Of a DNA stretch of 64,000 nucleotides, positions 48,963 to 57,692 are shown piece by piece. Each line of letters opens with the position of its first letter. Positions within the stretch are counted from its first letter, which is position 1. Below the pieces are notes generated by a model that had not been told where the DNA came from, ran no database searches, and saw nothing but the letters and a program-made list of their open reading frames with translations. The DNA is from Candidatus Pacebacteria bacterium CG10_big_fil_rev_8_21_14_0_10_44_54 (GTDB lineage: Bacteria > Patescibacteriota > Microgenomatia > UBA1400 > PJMF01): the NCBI GenBank assembly GCA_002772695.1, contig PFDI01000001.1, forward strand, positions 33,253-97,252, in the 5' to 3' direction. The position numbers and the translations under genes were made by a program.

Positions 48963-50759
48963 ATGCCCGACACCACAAACACCGCACTACCAAAACCAAC
49001 TCCTCCGCCCAGCGCAATGCCTGCTCCAAGTACCACCCCACAGCCGGTGCCACCAACCCAGCCAATACAGCGGACCCAGTCCACTCAAGCACAAACTCCC
49101 ACGCCAACCCCAGCTGCACCAGCCTCCTCTACAGTTAGCGCTTTACCACCATCAAGAGCTCAAGCAGAGTATGCGGCAAAATCGACCTCAACAACACAAT
49201 TGCCTCCAAGCACCTTGACAGCACTCTCATCTATGTCTAGCTCTAAGGTGCCAAATACGATTTTGCCAGAAACAAAGGAGTCGGTTGAGACAAAAAAAGC
49301 TGCTGCCCTGCCGCAAGCATCTGCGCCAGACTCGCTCAAGGTAGTACCAGAAAAGACTAAGAATACTGTCGCACAGTCTCGAATCAAACTGGCTAGTTTA
49401 AAAAAATCGCCTTTACGGTTTTTGCCATTTATTCTTATCGGTTTTCTCGTTATTGGCGTAGCTGTATTTGCATACAGAGCAATTAGTGGTGGCTCACGTA
49501 CTTCGGTTACTCCCCCAAGTTCGTCTGGTTCTGGTGCAAATTCAAGTGCTGGAGGCGCGAGCACTCCGAGCACTTCTGGTGGTCAGGCAGTAACCCTTGA
49601 GTATTGGGGATTATGGGAACCCGCTGAAGTAATGACGCAGGTCTTGAGTGATTTTGAAAAAGCCAATCCTGGTGTCTCTATACGCTATACCAAACAATCT
49701 TATCGAGACTATCGCCAGCGGTTGCAAACAGCTATTGCCTCTGGCAATGGACCAGATCTTTTTCGATTTCATGCCTCGTGGACGCCAATGTTATCGGCAG
49801 AGCTCGCACGTATGCCGGCATCAGTTTACTCTGCGGCAGAGTACCAAAAGACTTTTTATCCGGCAGCAGCAGCTCAACTCCAGGTACAAGGACAGCTTGT
49901 TGGTATTCCACTAATGTATGATGGCTTGGCACTTTTTTATAACAAAGAAGCATTGCAAACAGCTGCGGTAGATCCTCCAACAACCTGGTCTGAGTTGCGC
50001 ACTTTGGCTGCAAAACTAACCATCAAGTCTGGCAGTGAAATAAAACGTGGTGGTGTAGCGCTTGGTAACGCGACCAATGTTGACCATTTTTCCGATATTA
50101 TTGCTTTGCTGATGCTGCAAAACGGAGCAGATTTGGCAGAACCAAATTCTGCTGAAGGGAGAGACGCACTTTTGTTTTACACTAATTTTCAGAAAGCCGA
50201 TGGCGTTTGGAATAGTGTTTTACCCAGTTCAACTGTCGCTTTTGCTCGAGGTGAGGCGGCAATGCTGTTTGCACCTTCCTGGCGTGCGCATGATATTTCA
50301 GCGATTAACCCCGATTTACAATTTGGCATTACTTCGGTGCCACAATTGAGCGACACGAGAATCGCTTGGGCATCATTTTGGGCAGAAGGTGTTAGCCAGC
50401 AGAGCAAGCAGCAGGAGTTATCTTGGAAACTGCTCGAGTATTTGAGTAGCAAAGAGGTTCAACTTCGCCTACATGCTGATCAAGCTGGCCTGCGCGCATT
50501 TGGTGAAATTTACTCAAGAACAGATCTAGCTGATCAAGCGGCGAGCAATGAGTTTATGCGACCATACTTGCAGGACGCCCCGTTTGCAAGTGGTTGGTAT
50601 CTAAGCTCTGCGACATTTGATGCTGGAATCAATGATCAATTGATTGGTTATTATGAAAAGGCAGTTACAGGCTTGCTTGGTTCAAGCAGCATGAACACAG
50701 TGCTGACAGAATTAGAACAAGGCACGACTCAAACCCTTACCCAATACTCGGCAAAGTAG
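48963..50759 (+). CDS. Extracellular solute-binding protein (sugar ABC type) with Pro/Thr-rich N-tail
   Basis: LEYWGLWE, GPDLF, GIPLMYDGLALFYNK, PPTTWSEL. Confidence 0.85.
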   Translation: MPDTTNTALPKPTPPPSAMPAPSTTPQPVPPTQPIQRTQSTQAQTPTPTPAAPASSTVSALPPSRAQAEYAAKSTSTTQLPPSTLTALSSMSSSKVPNTILPETKESVETKKAAALPQASAPDSLKVVPEKTKNTVAQSRIKLASLKKSPLRFLPFILIGFLVIGVAVFAYRAISGGSRTSVTPPSSSGSGANSSAGGASTPSTSGGQAVTLEYWGLWEPAEVMTQVLSDFEKANPGVSIRYTKQSYRDYRQRLQTAIASGNGPDLFRFHASWTPMLSAELARMPASVYSAAEYQKTFYPAAAAQLQVQGQLVGIPLMYDGLALFYNKEALQTAAVDPPTTWSELRTLAAKLTIKSGSEIKRGGVALGNATNVDHFSDIIALLMLQNGADLAEPNSAEGRDALLFYTNFQKADGVWNSVLPSSTVAFARGEAAMLFAPSWRAHDISAINPDLQFGITSVPQLSDTRIAWASFWAEGVSQQSKQQELSWKLLEYLSSKEVQLRLHADQAGLRAFGEIYSRTDLADQAASNEFMRPYLQDAPFASGWYLSSATFDAGINDQLIGYYEKAVTGLLGSSSMNTVLTELEQGTTQTLTQYSAK

Positions 50760-50789
50760 TGTGTTTCGAGTACCACGTATAATGTTAGC

Positions 50790-51683
50790 ATGACGCTTAG
50801 AAACTCATTGTTGCTGACTCTCTCGTACTCAGCCCAGTTTTCTTATCCGCTTCGTGTTTCTCAGCTGTGGTTGCGGTTGCTAACAGTGCCACACCAGCGA
50901 TTCTCAAAAAAACTGTTTGTGCAAGAAATTCTTGTTTTGGTTGGCAGAAAAAAAATTATCTATCAAGACGGCTATTTGTTTTTTCCTGGATATGAGCGTG
51001 ATATTGCTCTTAGAATTGCTCGAGAGCGGCGAGCAGAGCAGAAACAGTCGCAAATTAAAAAAGTTGTATGGTTATGTAAAAAAATTCCTTGGATTGTGGG
51101 GTTGGCGGTGACCGGGTCTGTCGCCTTACGTCAAGCGCGAGAGCAAGATGACCTAGATTTTTTGGTAGTGACAAAACATAATAGCTTGTGGTTGGCTCGA
51201 TCGCTGCTCGTTGGTTTTGGTATTTTGCTTGGCATGTATCGATCGAGGAACAACGCTCACACAGATGGTTGGTGCTTTAATATGTGGCTTGAGCGACCTC
51301 GCTTTGTATTGTCACCAGAAAGGCGCAGCCTATATACAGCTTATGAAGTGCTGCAGGCAGATTGGGTGTATGACCAAGGCGCAGTTCAACGGGAATTTTT
51401 GCTCGCAAATGCTTGGGTGTCTCAGGTCTTGCCGACATTTTATGTGCAAAAATTTTCTGCATGCAGTGTTGCTGCCAAGATCAAGATTTTTGCAAGCATC
51501 GGTAGCTTGTTATCACCAATTGGCTCGCTTCTTAACGTCTTGGCATTTATACTGCAACGCTGGCACATGCATGCAGCAATGACTCGCGAAGTTGTGGTGT
51601 TTTCGCAAGCCTACTTTCATCCTAGGAATACACAACAATATGTTACAAAGCGGTGGCGAGAGTTATTGCAAGAGATAGCATGA
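50790..51683 (+). CDS. Hypothetical protein with Pol-beta-type nucleotidyltransferase motif
   Basis: TGSVA...DDLDFLVV. Confidence 0.6.
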   Translation: MTLRNSLLLTLSYSAQFSYPLRVSQLWLRLLTVPHQRFSKKLFVQEILVLVGRKKIIYQDGYLFFPGYERDIALRIARERRAEQKQSQIKKVVWLCKKIPWIVGLAVTGSVALRQAREQDDLDFLVVTKHNSLWLARSLLVGFGILLGMYRSRNNAHTDGWCFNMWLERPRFVLSPERRSLYTAYEVLQADWVYDQGAVQREFLLANAWVSQVLPTFYVQKFSACSVAAKIKIFASIGSLLSPIGSLLNVLAFILQRWHMHAAMTREVVVFSQAYFHPRNTQQYVTKRWRELLQEIA

Positions 51684-52126
51684 AAGTAAATAGAATCGTA
51701 CTAGTAACTGGCGTGTTTGATTGTTTGCACCAAGAGCACATTCTGTTTTTGCAGAAGGCCAAACTATTGGGTACCAAATTGGTGATAGGTGTGGAGAGCG
51801 ATGAGCGTGTTAAAAAAATAAAGGGACACAATCGACCGATTTATTCTGAGAAACAGCGAGTAGAAAAATTGCGGTCGCTTCGGTTGGCTCAACAGGTATT
51901 TGTTTTACCGCAGTCATTTTCTCATCCCGATGAACATCGCATGCTCTTGCAGAAACTAAAACCAGATATTCTTGCAGTTTCCTCTCACTCGCCTCACTTG
52001 CGAGAAAAGCAACGATTGATGCAAGAAATAGGTGGTAGAGTAGTAGTCGTGCACAAACACAATCCCAAGATCTCAACTACTTTGCATTTAGCACAAAAAC
52101 AACAGGAGGCGTATGGCACGAGCTGA
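51680..52126 (+). CDS. Cytidylyltransferase-family (HxGH) nucleotidyltransferase
   Basis: GVFDCLHQEH, VGVESD-like, KG..RP, ISTT. Confidence 0.85.
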   Translation: MKVNRIVLVTGVFDCLHQEHILFLQKAKLLGTKLVIGVESDERVKKIKGHNRPIYSEKQRVEKLRSLRLAQQVFVLPQSFSHPDEHRMLLQKLKPDILAVSSHSPHLREKQRLMQEIGGRVVVVHKHNPKISTTLHLAQKQQEAYGTS

Positions 52127-53504
52127 AACTGTGTTTGTATGCCAAGAGTGTGGTTGGCAAAATGCTCGTTGGCAAGGACAGTGTGCACAGTGTCGTGCCT
52201 GGAATTCATTGGTAGAAGAATTGATCACACAACCTATCTCAGCAGGAAAGAAAGCAAGTTCTGCAATTTCTAGTCTCACGCTACCAGAGGTCGAGCGCCT
52301 GAGCCGCTCATTTTCGCGTTTTTCTAGCGGATTTGATGAGTTGGACAGGGTTTTGGGCGGGAGCGGAAGCGATGTCGGTATTGTACAAGGCGCTGTTATG
52401 CTTGTGTCCGGAGAGCCGGGAATTGGTAAGTCAACAGTTTTGACCCAAATTGGGCTCTCAATGAAGGTGAGTACAAAAAGTTCTCGAAAAGAACCCCTTG
52501 TAGCCTACCTGTGTGGTGAAGAAAATCCAGAGCAAATCCTGCTAAGAATCAAGCGATTACAGAATTCTGGAACCAAAAAAAACTCGAAGCAAAAAGTAAT
52601 TCCTCCATCTTGGCATTTTTTTACTACTCAAAGCATCGACGCAGCACTGCAAGCTTTGAACAAACTAAAACCAGATCTAGTAGTGGTCGATAGTGTGCAA
52701 AGCTTTCGTAGCGAAGAGCTTAGCGGTGCAGTCGGCTCTGTTGGACAGGTGCGGGCAGTGACTACTGCAGTTACCGCTTGGGCAAAACAACAGACTACTC
52801 CGGTTTTTATTGTTGGTCATGTTACCAAAGAGGGTGGCATCGCTGGTCCCAAGGTGTTAGAGCACATTGTTGATGTGGTGCTCGATATTTCTGGCGAGCG
52901 AACCAGCGATCTTCGTCTCATTCGAACCTACAAAAATAGGTTTGGTGCCAGTGATGAAGTTGGGGTTTTTCGGATGGCAGAAGAAGGCTTTGTTGAAGTA
53001 CCAAATCCGAGCGACGTACTTGTTCAGCAGGGAACAAACAACACACCCGGATCTGTTTTGGCGGGAATTTTGGAAGGTACTCGTCCGCTGTTAATTGAAT
53101 TACAAGCGCTCGCTGTTGCTTCAAATCTCGCAATGCCTCGACGAGTGGGTCGAGGGGTGAGCTTGTCTCGTATTCAAGTCTTGGCAGCGGTACTCGAGAA
53201 ACACTGTAGATTGCCAGTTTCTAAGTACGATGTATTTTTGAGTGTAGCTGGAGGTATTGTCGTACGCGAACCAGCAATAGATCTAGGATTTGCTGTTGCT
53301 ATAGCGAGCTCCTTGGCTGGCAAGCCAATTCCACGCTCCTATGCATTTATTGGCGAGGTCGGCTTGCTTGGCGAGGTGCGCTCAGTACCATACGCAGATT
53401 CCCGAGCAAAATCAGCTCAGCGGTTGGGGGTAGAGCGGATTTTTTCTCATCAGAGTCATAGTTCGGTGGCAGAAGTGCTCAAAGAGCTTCAAATTCGTAA
53501 ATAA
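52113..53504 (+). CDS. radA: DNA repair protein RadA/Sms
   Basis: C4 zinc finger, GEPGIGKST, KNRFG, Lon-like C-terminal domain. Confidence 0.95.
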   Translation: MARAETVFVCQECGWQNARWQGQCAQCRAWNSLVEELITQPISAGKKASSAISSLTLPEVERLSRSFSRFSSGFDELDRVLGGSGSDVGIVQGAVMLVSGEPGIGKSTVLTQIGLSMKVSTKSSRKEPLVAYLCGEENPEQILLRIKRLQNSGTKKNSKQKVIPPSWHFFTTQSIDAALQALNKLKPDLVVVDSVQSFRSEELSGAVGSVGQVRAVTTAVTAWAKQQTTPVFIVGHVTKEGGIAGPKVLEHIVDVVLDISGERTSDLRLIRTYKNRFGASDEVGVFRMAEEGFVEVPNPSDVLVQQGTNNTPGSVLAGILEGTRPLLIELQALAVASNLAMPRRVGRGVSLSRIQVLAAVLEKHCRLPVSKYDVFLSVAGGIVVREPAIDLGFAVAIASSLAGKPIPRSYAFIGEVGLLGEVRSVPYADSRAKSAQRLGVERIFSHQSHSSVAEVLKELQIRK

Positions 53505-53631
53505 TTCACCAGGCTTGTTTTGAGTTATTCACACTCTATAATTGGTAATTATCTATGTTGATAACTTTTTATTTTTCTCAATAAATTCACTCATAAAATA
53601 ACTATAAGATATTTTAACCAAAAACTATAGG

Positions 53632-53660
53632 TTGACTCTAAAATAGACGAGAGTTATACT
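53632..53660 (+). promoter_or_regulatory. Sigma70 promoter P1 in the radA-rho gap
   Basis: TTGACT-17-TATACT, followed by a 10-bp IR tgctatatct/agatatagca. Confidence 0.7.
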
Positions 53661-53666
53661 GCTATA

Positions 53667-53981
53667 TCTTTGTGTACATAGATATAGCAAGTACTCAAAG
53701 TGCTCTTTACTAAATCAGTAGTTTGGGATGATGTTTTTGAAAAGAAAAAAGCATTATTACCGCTGGACAGACCACGAGTAATAATGCCTTTTCATACGTT
53801 GTCTTCACCTTTGATAGAATCAAGAATGCGAAGACACAACATCGGTTACAATAGCAGCTGAGCTGCCAAATTGTAAATTCTATCTTTCTGGTTGTAACTA
53901 GATCAAATAAAATCGATTACAGCGTATATTCAGTTTTTAGTGGAGGTTCGGCGAGTTGGGCAGGCAGCCGAGCTTCCACCA
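53667..53981 (+). ncRNA. Candidate structured ncRNA or rho leader
   Basis: Five consecutive hairpins, no ORF over 60 aa, ends in a stem plus ACCA; family not recognised. Confidence 0.4.
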
Positions 53982-54002
53982 AGGACTGAACAAGAGTTTG
54001 TT

Positions 54003-54031
54003 TTGACACATTCTTCTAATTCTGGCATACT
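54003..54031 (+). promoter_or_regulatory. Sigma70 promoter P2 (rho-proximal)
   Basis: TTGACA-17-CATACT. Confidence 0.6.
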
Positions 54032-54126
54032 AGGGGCTGTTCTACTCCTTTCAAACTTTTGTGCCTCAATACTCCAGCTTTATCAATTTTGTACACTGCG
54101 AGCATTTAGTAAATTAGGAATACTGT

Positions 54127-55353
54127 ATGACAACAAAAACCCAGAGTGAGACTCCTTCAATCAAAAAGTCTATCGGCAGACCGAAGGTAGTGCCAGTCGT
54201 GCCGTTACAAAAAAATACAACACAAGAAACAAACAAGCTCACTGGCGTACTCGATACGTCGCGCGACGGGCATGGCGTTGTGCGTGCGAGCATGTGTGGC
54301 ATTGATGATAGGGATGCCTATATTTCTACCGCAATTATCCGCAGATTCAATTTGCGACCAGGCGACTCTATCTCTGGAGTGGTGCGAGAACCCAAAGACA
54401 ACGAGCGATACTGGGGGTTTATGCAGCTTGATACGGTCAATGGTAGGCCGGCAGCTGAACACCAATCGATGCAGCGAAAAAAGTTTCAGTCATTTGTGCC
54501 AGTCTATCCAGATAAGCGGATTCATCTCGAGTCAAACGACGAGCAGATTGCGCTGCGTATTATCGATCTGATTGCCCCAATCGGAAAAGGACAGCGCAGC
54601 CTTATTGTCTCTCCACCAAAGGCGGGAAAAACATCGATTTTAAAAGACATTGCCTCTGGTGTGGCAAGCAATCATCCCGAAATTTATATCCTGGCTGTTT
54701 TGGTTGGGGAGCGTCCAGAAGAAGTGACCGACATCAAAAGACACATAGAGCGAATCACAAAGGGTACTGGTGAGGTGGCGGCAAGCAACTTTGATGAGTC
54801 TGCTTCAGATCAGTGTCATGTGGCCGAGTTGGCTTTGGAAAAGGCCAAGCGTATGGTAGAAGAGGGTAAGGACGTGCTTATTTTGCTTGATTCTATTACT
54901 CGCCTTGCCCGCGCCTACAACCTCTCTATTCCCACCTCTGGTAGAACTCTGTCTGGTGGTTTTGATCCGGCAGCCTTGTTCCCACCAAAGAAGTTCTTTG
55001 GTGCTGCACGCAATCTTGAGACGCCGGGCAGTTTGACTATTATCGGCACTGCATTGGTCGACACCGGCTCTCGTATGGACGATCTGGTTTACGAAGAATT
55101 TAAGGGTACGGGCAATCAAGAGATACACCTTGACCGCAAGCTGGCCGAGCGACGGGTGTATCCTGCCATTGATGTTCAACGCTCTAGTACGCGCAGAGAC
55201 GACTTGCTGTTTGATTCAGTCGAGTACCAATCGATCACCACACTACATCGTATGCTTGATATGCTTGATCGAGATGAAAGAACTGCCACACTCATCAATC
55301 GTTTGCGTCGAACCAAGACAAATAAAGAGTTTTTGGCTTCTTTGAAGTCGTAA
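54127..55353 (+). CDS. rho: Transcription termination factor Rho
   Basis: PIGKGQR, PPKAGKT, ERPEEVTD, LLDSITRLARAYN, EEFKGTGN. Confidence 0.96.
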   Translation: MTTKTQSETPSIKKSIGRPKVVPVVPLQKNTTQETNKLTGVLDTSRDGHGVVRASMCGIDDRDAYISTAIIRRFNLRPGDSISGVVREPKDNERYWGFMQLDTVNGRPAAEHQSMQRKKFQSFVPVYPDKRIHLESNDEQIALRIIDLIAPIGKGQRSLIVSPPKAGKTSILKDIASGVASNHPEIYILAVLVGERPEEVTDIKRHIERITKGTGEVAASNFDESASDQCHVAELALEKAKRMVEEGKDVLILLDSITRLARAYNLSIPTSGRTLSGGFDPAALFPPKKFFGAARNLETPGSLTIIGTALVDTGSRMDDLVYEEFKGTGNQEIHLDRKLAERRVYPAIDVQRSSTRRDDLLFDSVEYQSITTLHRMLDMLDRDERTATLINRLRRTKTNKEFLASLKS

Positions 55354-55356
55354 GCA

Positions 55357-56472
55357 ATGCGCACTCGAATCTCGAAAACTTTTGGAAACATTACAACAGA
55401 CTTTTTGGTGTTTTTTCACTCTCTGAAGAGTTATGTGCGATTTCGTGGCTACAGATTGTTTGGACGATTCGAGGGAGTTAAAGGTGTGCTTGTCGACGTC
55501 TTGTACAAAAAGCGAGGTCGGTATGTTCGGCCATTCCTGCATGTTGGCACAATCGGTTTAATTTTTTTTACGATTATTTTGGGTCCCAAAGTCATTTCCT
55601 ATGCAGATCAAGGCAGTGAACGAGAAGGAGAGTCTGGCGTTCTTGAGAGTGGAGCCAGTGGCACCAGTTTTTATACCCAACAGGCAGAAGAAGTGCGACA
55701 GTTTCGTGGTGGAGAAATTTTGCTTCATACCGTAGTCGAAGGAGAGACGCTGTCTTCGATTGCCGAGCGCTATGGTCTTCAGGTAGAGACAATTTTGTGG
55801 GAAAATGATCTGACCGAGCGCAGTAAAATAAAGCCAGGCGATGAATTACGGATTCTTCCGGTTGATGGCATTCGTCACAAGGTTGCGCGCGGTGAAACAA
55901 TTTTTTCAATTGGCAAAAAATACAATTTGGAAGGATCGGAAGTCCAGGTGCTTGTCGACTACCCATTTAATGATTTTTTGAACGATGAAACATTCGAACT
56001 CGCTACGGGACAATTTTTGATGGTGCCAAATGGTACTAGAACTGTGGTGGCAAGTAGCTCTCGACCAACTGTTACTCGCGTCACCCCCGACGCAGGCTCT
56101 GTTACGGCTTTTGGTTCTTTTGTTTGGCCTGCTGCAGGCAGAATTACCCAAGGATACAGTTTCTTTCACAAGGCATTTGATATCGCTAATTCTTCTGGTG
56201 GCTCAATTCTTGCGGCAGACTCTGGCGTGGTGACTCAGGCAGGCTGGCTCGATGGCTTTGGTTACGGTAATCGCGTCATGATTGATCACGGCAATGGTAT
56301 GCAAACACTTTACGCACATATGTCGTCTATTCAAGTGCGAAGCGGCCAACGCGTCAATAGAGGAGATGTTTTGGGACAAATGGGAAGCACGGGCCGCTCA
56401 ACAGGAACACACCTCCACTTTGAAATTCGTCAGGGTGGGTCACTCCTCAATCCACAGAATTTTCTCCGGTAG
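55357..56472 (+). CDS. LysM-domain M23 peptidase
   Basis: Two LysM repeats; HKAFD, YAHM, STGTHLHFE. Confidence 0.92.
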   Translation: MRTRISKTFGNITTDFLVFFHSLKSYVRFRGYRLFGRFEGVKGVLVDVLYKKRGRYVRPFLHVGTIGLIFFTIILGPKVISYADQGSEREGESGVLESGASGTSFYTQQAEEVRQFRGGEILLHTVVEGETLSSIAERYGLQVETILWENDLTERSKIKPGDELRILPVDGIRHKVARGETIFSIGKKYNLEGSEVQVLVDYPFNDFLNDETFELATGQFLMVPNGTRTVVASSSRPTVTRVTPDAGSVTAFGSFVWPAAGRITQGYSFFHKAFDIANSSGGSILAADSGVVTQAGWLDGFGYGNRVMIDHGNGMQTLYAHMSSIQVRSGQRVNRGDVLGQMGSTGRSTGTHLHFEIRQGGSLLNPQNFLR

Positions 56473-56486
56473 GGTACAATGCTGCC

Positions 56487-57692
56487 ATGATTGATATTGT
56501 TGCGTTGCAATTTGTTGCAGGAGCCGGCGGTCGAGGCAGAGTCTCATTTTGTCGCTCTAAGTATATTTTAAAAGGTGGTCCAGACGGCGGTACGGGTGGT
56601 AGTGGTGGCTCGATTATTTTGCGGGCAGAGCGGTCGCAAAGCACGCTCAAGCGATACTCTGGTATCAAAACAATCTCGGCGGAATCAGGCAAAGATGGTG
56701 GTGCGAAAAATTGCACGGGAGCGTCGGCCAAAGACATAATCGTTTCTGTTCCGGTCGGAACAAATGTTTGGCAAATTAGTGAGAACAAGGTAGCTCAGCG
56801 ACGACGCCTTGCCAATGGATTGCGTAAAAAAAACTCGAGTAAGGCAGTGGAGCGTGAGGCATTTGTGCTCGAGCGAGAGGGAGCGGCGATACCTGTTCGA
56901 GAGCCAGACGTTGCGGAAGTACCAAAACACCTCACGACGAAAGTCCTCGCAGACGTTTCTCTAGCTACATCTGGCTACAAACTGATTGCATCACTTGCAG
57001 AGTCTGGACAAGAAATTGTTATTTGTCAGGGCGGTTTTGGTGGGCGCGGCAACGAACAGTTTAAGAGTTCTCGTGAGACAACACCCCTGCGAGCTGAGTA
57101 TGGCACCCCAGGAGAAGAGCGTTGGCTTGTGTTGGAGCAACAGCTTTTGGCCGACATTGGTCTTATTGGCCTGCCAAACGTGGGCAAAAGCACGCTGCTT
57201 TCAGTGCTTACTCAGGCAACTCCAGCAATTGGTTCATATCCGTTTACGACACTCGAACCCCAACTCGGAGTGTTATCTCAGGATGATCAGTCACAAGAAG
57301 TGGTTGTCGCCGATATCCCTGGATTGATCGCTGGTGCAAGCAAGGGTAAAGGTTTGGGTTTTTCCTTCCTGCGTCATGTGCGTCATTGTCGCGGACTTGT
57401 CTTTGTTTTGTCAGTTCCCGATGAGTTTCTTATTCGCTCTGTTTCAGAGCAAATAACAGCCCTACACGAGCAGTTTTTGCTCATTCGAAAAGAGTTGTCG
57501 GCCTATGACGTGAGTTTGACTGAAAAGAAAATGGTTGTTTGCATAACCAAGAGGGATCTATATTCGCCAGAATTGCTTACAGCACTCGAAAAAGAAGTGA
57601 TTGCTCATCAATCACCAATACTTGTGAGTGCTGCAACACACGATGGTTTGCAGCTTTTGCATCAAGCTTGTTTGCGATTGGCCAATTATTGA
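56487..57692 (+). CDS. obgE: GTPase ObgE/CgtA
   Basis: GGPDGGTGGSGG, GLPNVGKST, YPFTTLEP, DIPGLI. Confidence 0.93.
   Translation: MIDIVALQFVAGAGGRGRVSFCRSKYILKGGPDGGTGGSGGSIILRAERSQSTLKRYSGIKTISAESGKDGGAKNCTGASAKDIIVSVPVGTNVWQISENKVAQRRRLANGLRKKNSSKAVEREAFVLEREGAAIPVREPDVAEVPKHLTTKVLADVSLATSGYKLIASLAESGQEIVICQGGFGGRGNEQFKSSRETTPLRAEYGTPGEERWLVLEQQLLADIGLIGLPNVGKSTLLSVLTQATPAIGSYPFTTLEPQLGVLSQDDQSQEVVVADIPGLIAGASKGKGLGFSFLRHVRHCRGLVFVLSVPDEFLIRSVSEQITALHEQFLLIRKELSAYDVSLTEKKMVVCITKRDLYSPELLTALEKEVIAHQSPILVSAATHDGLQLLHQACLRLANY

Noticed and set aside
53725-53981. tmRNA or tRNA call for the CCA-ending element
   Set aside because: No T-loop consensus (GTTCRANYC), only 4 bp of pairing with the gggatg 5' candidate, and no tag frame ending in AA-stop. 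SRP and RNase P signature motifs were not found either.
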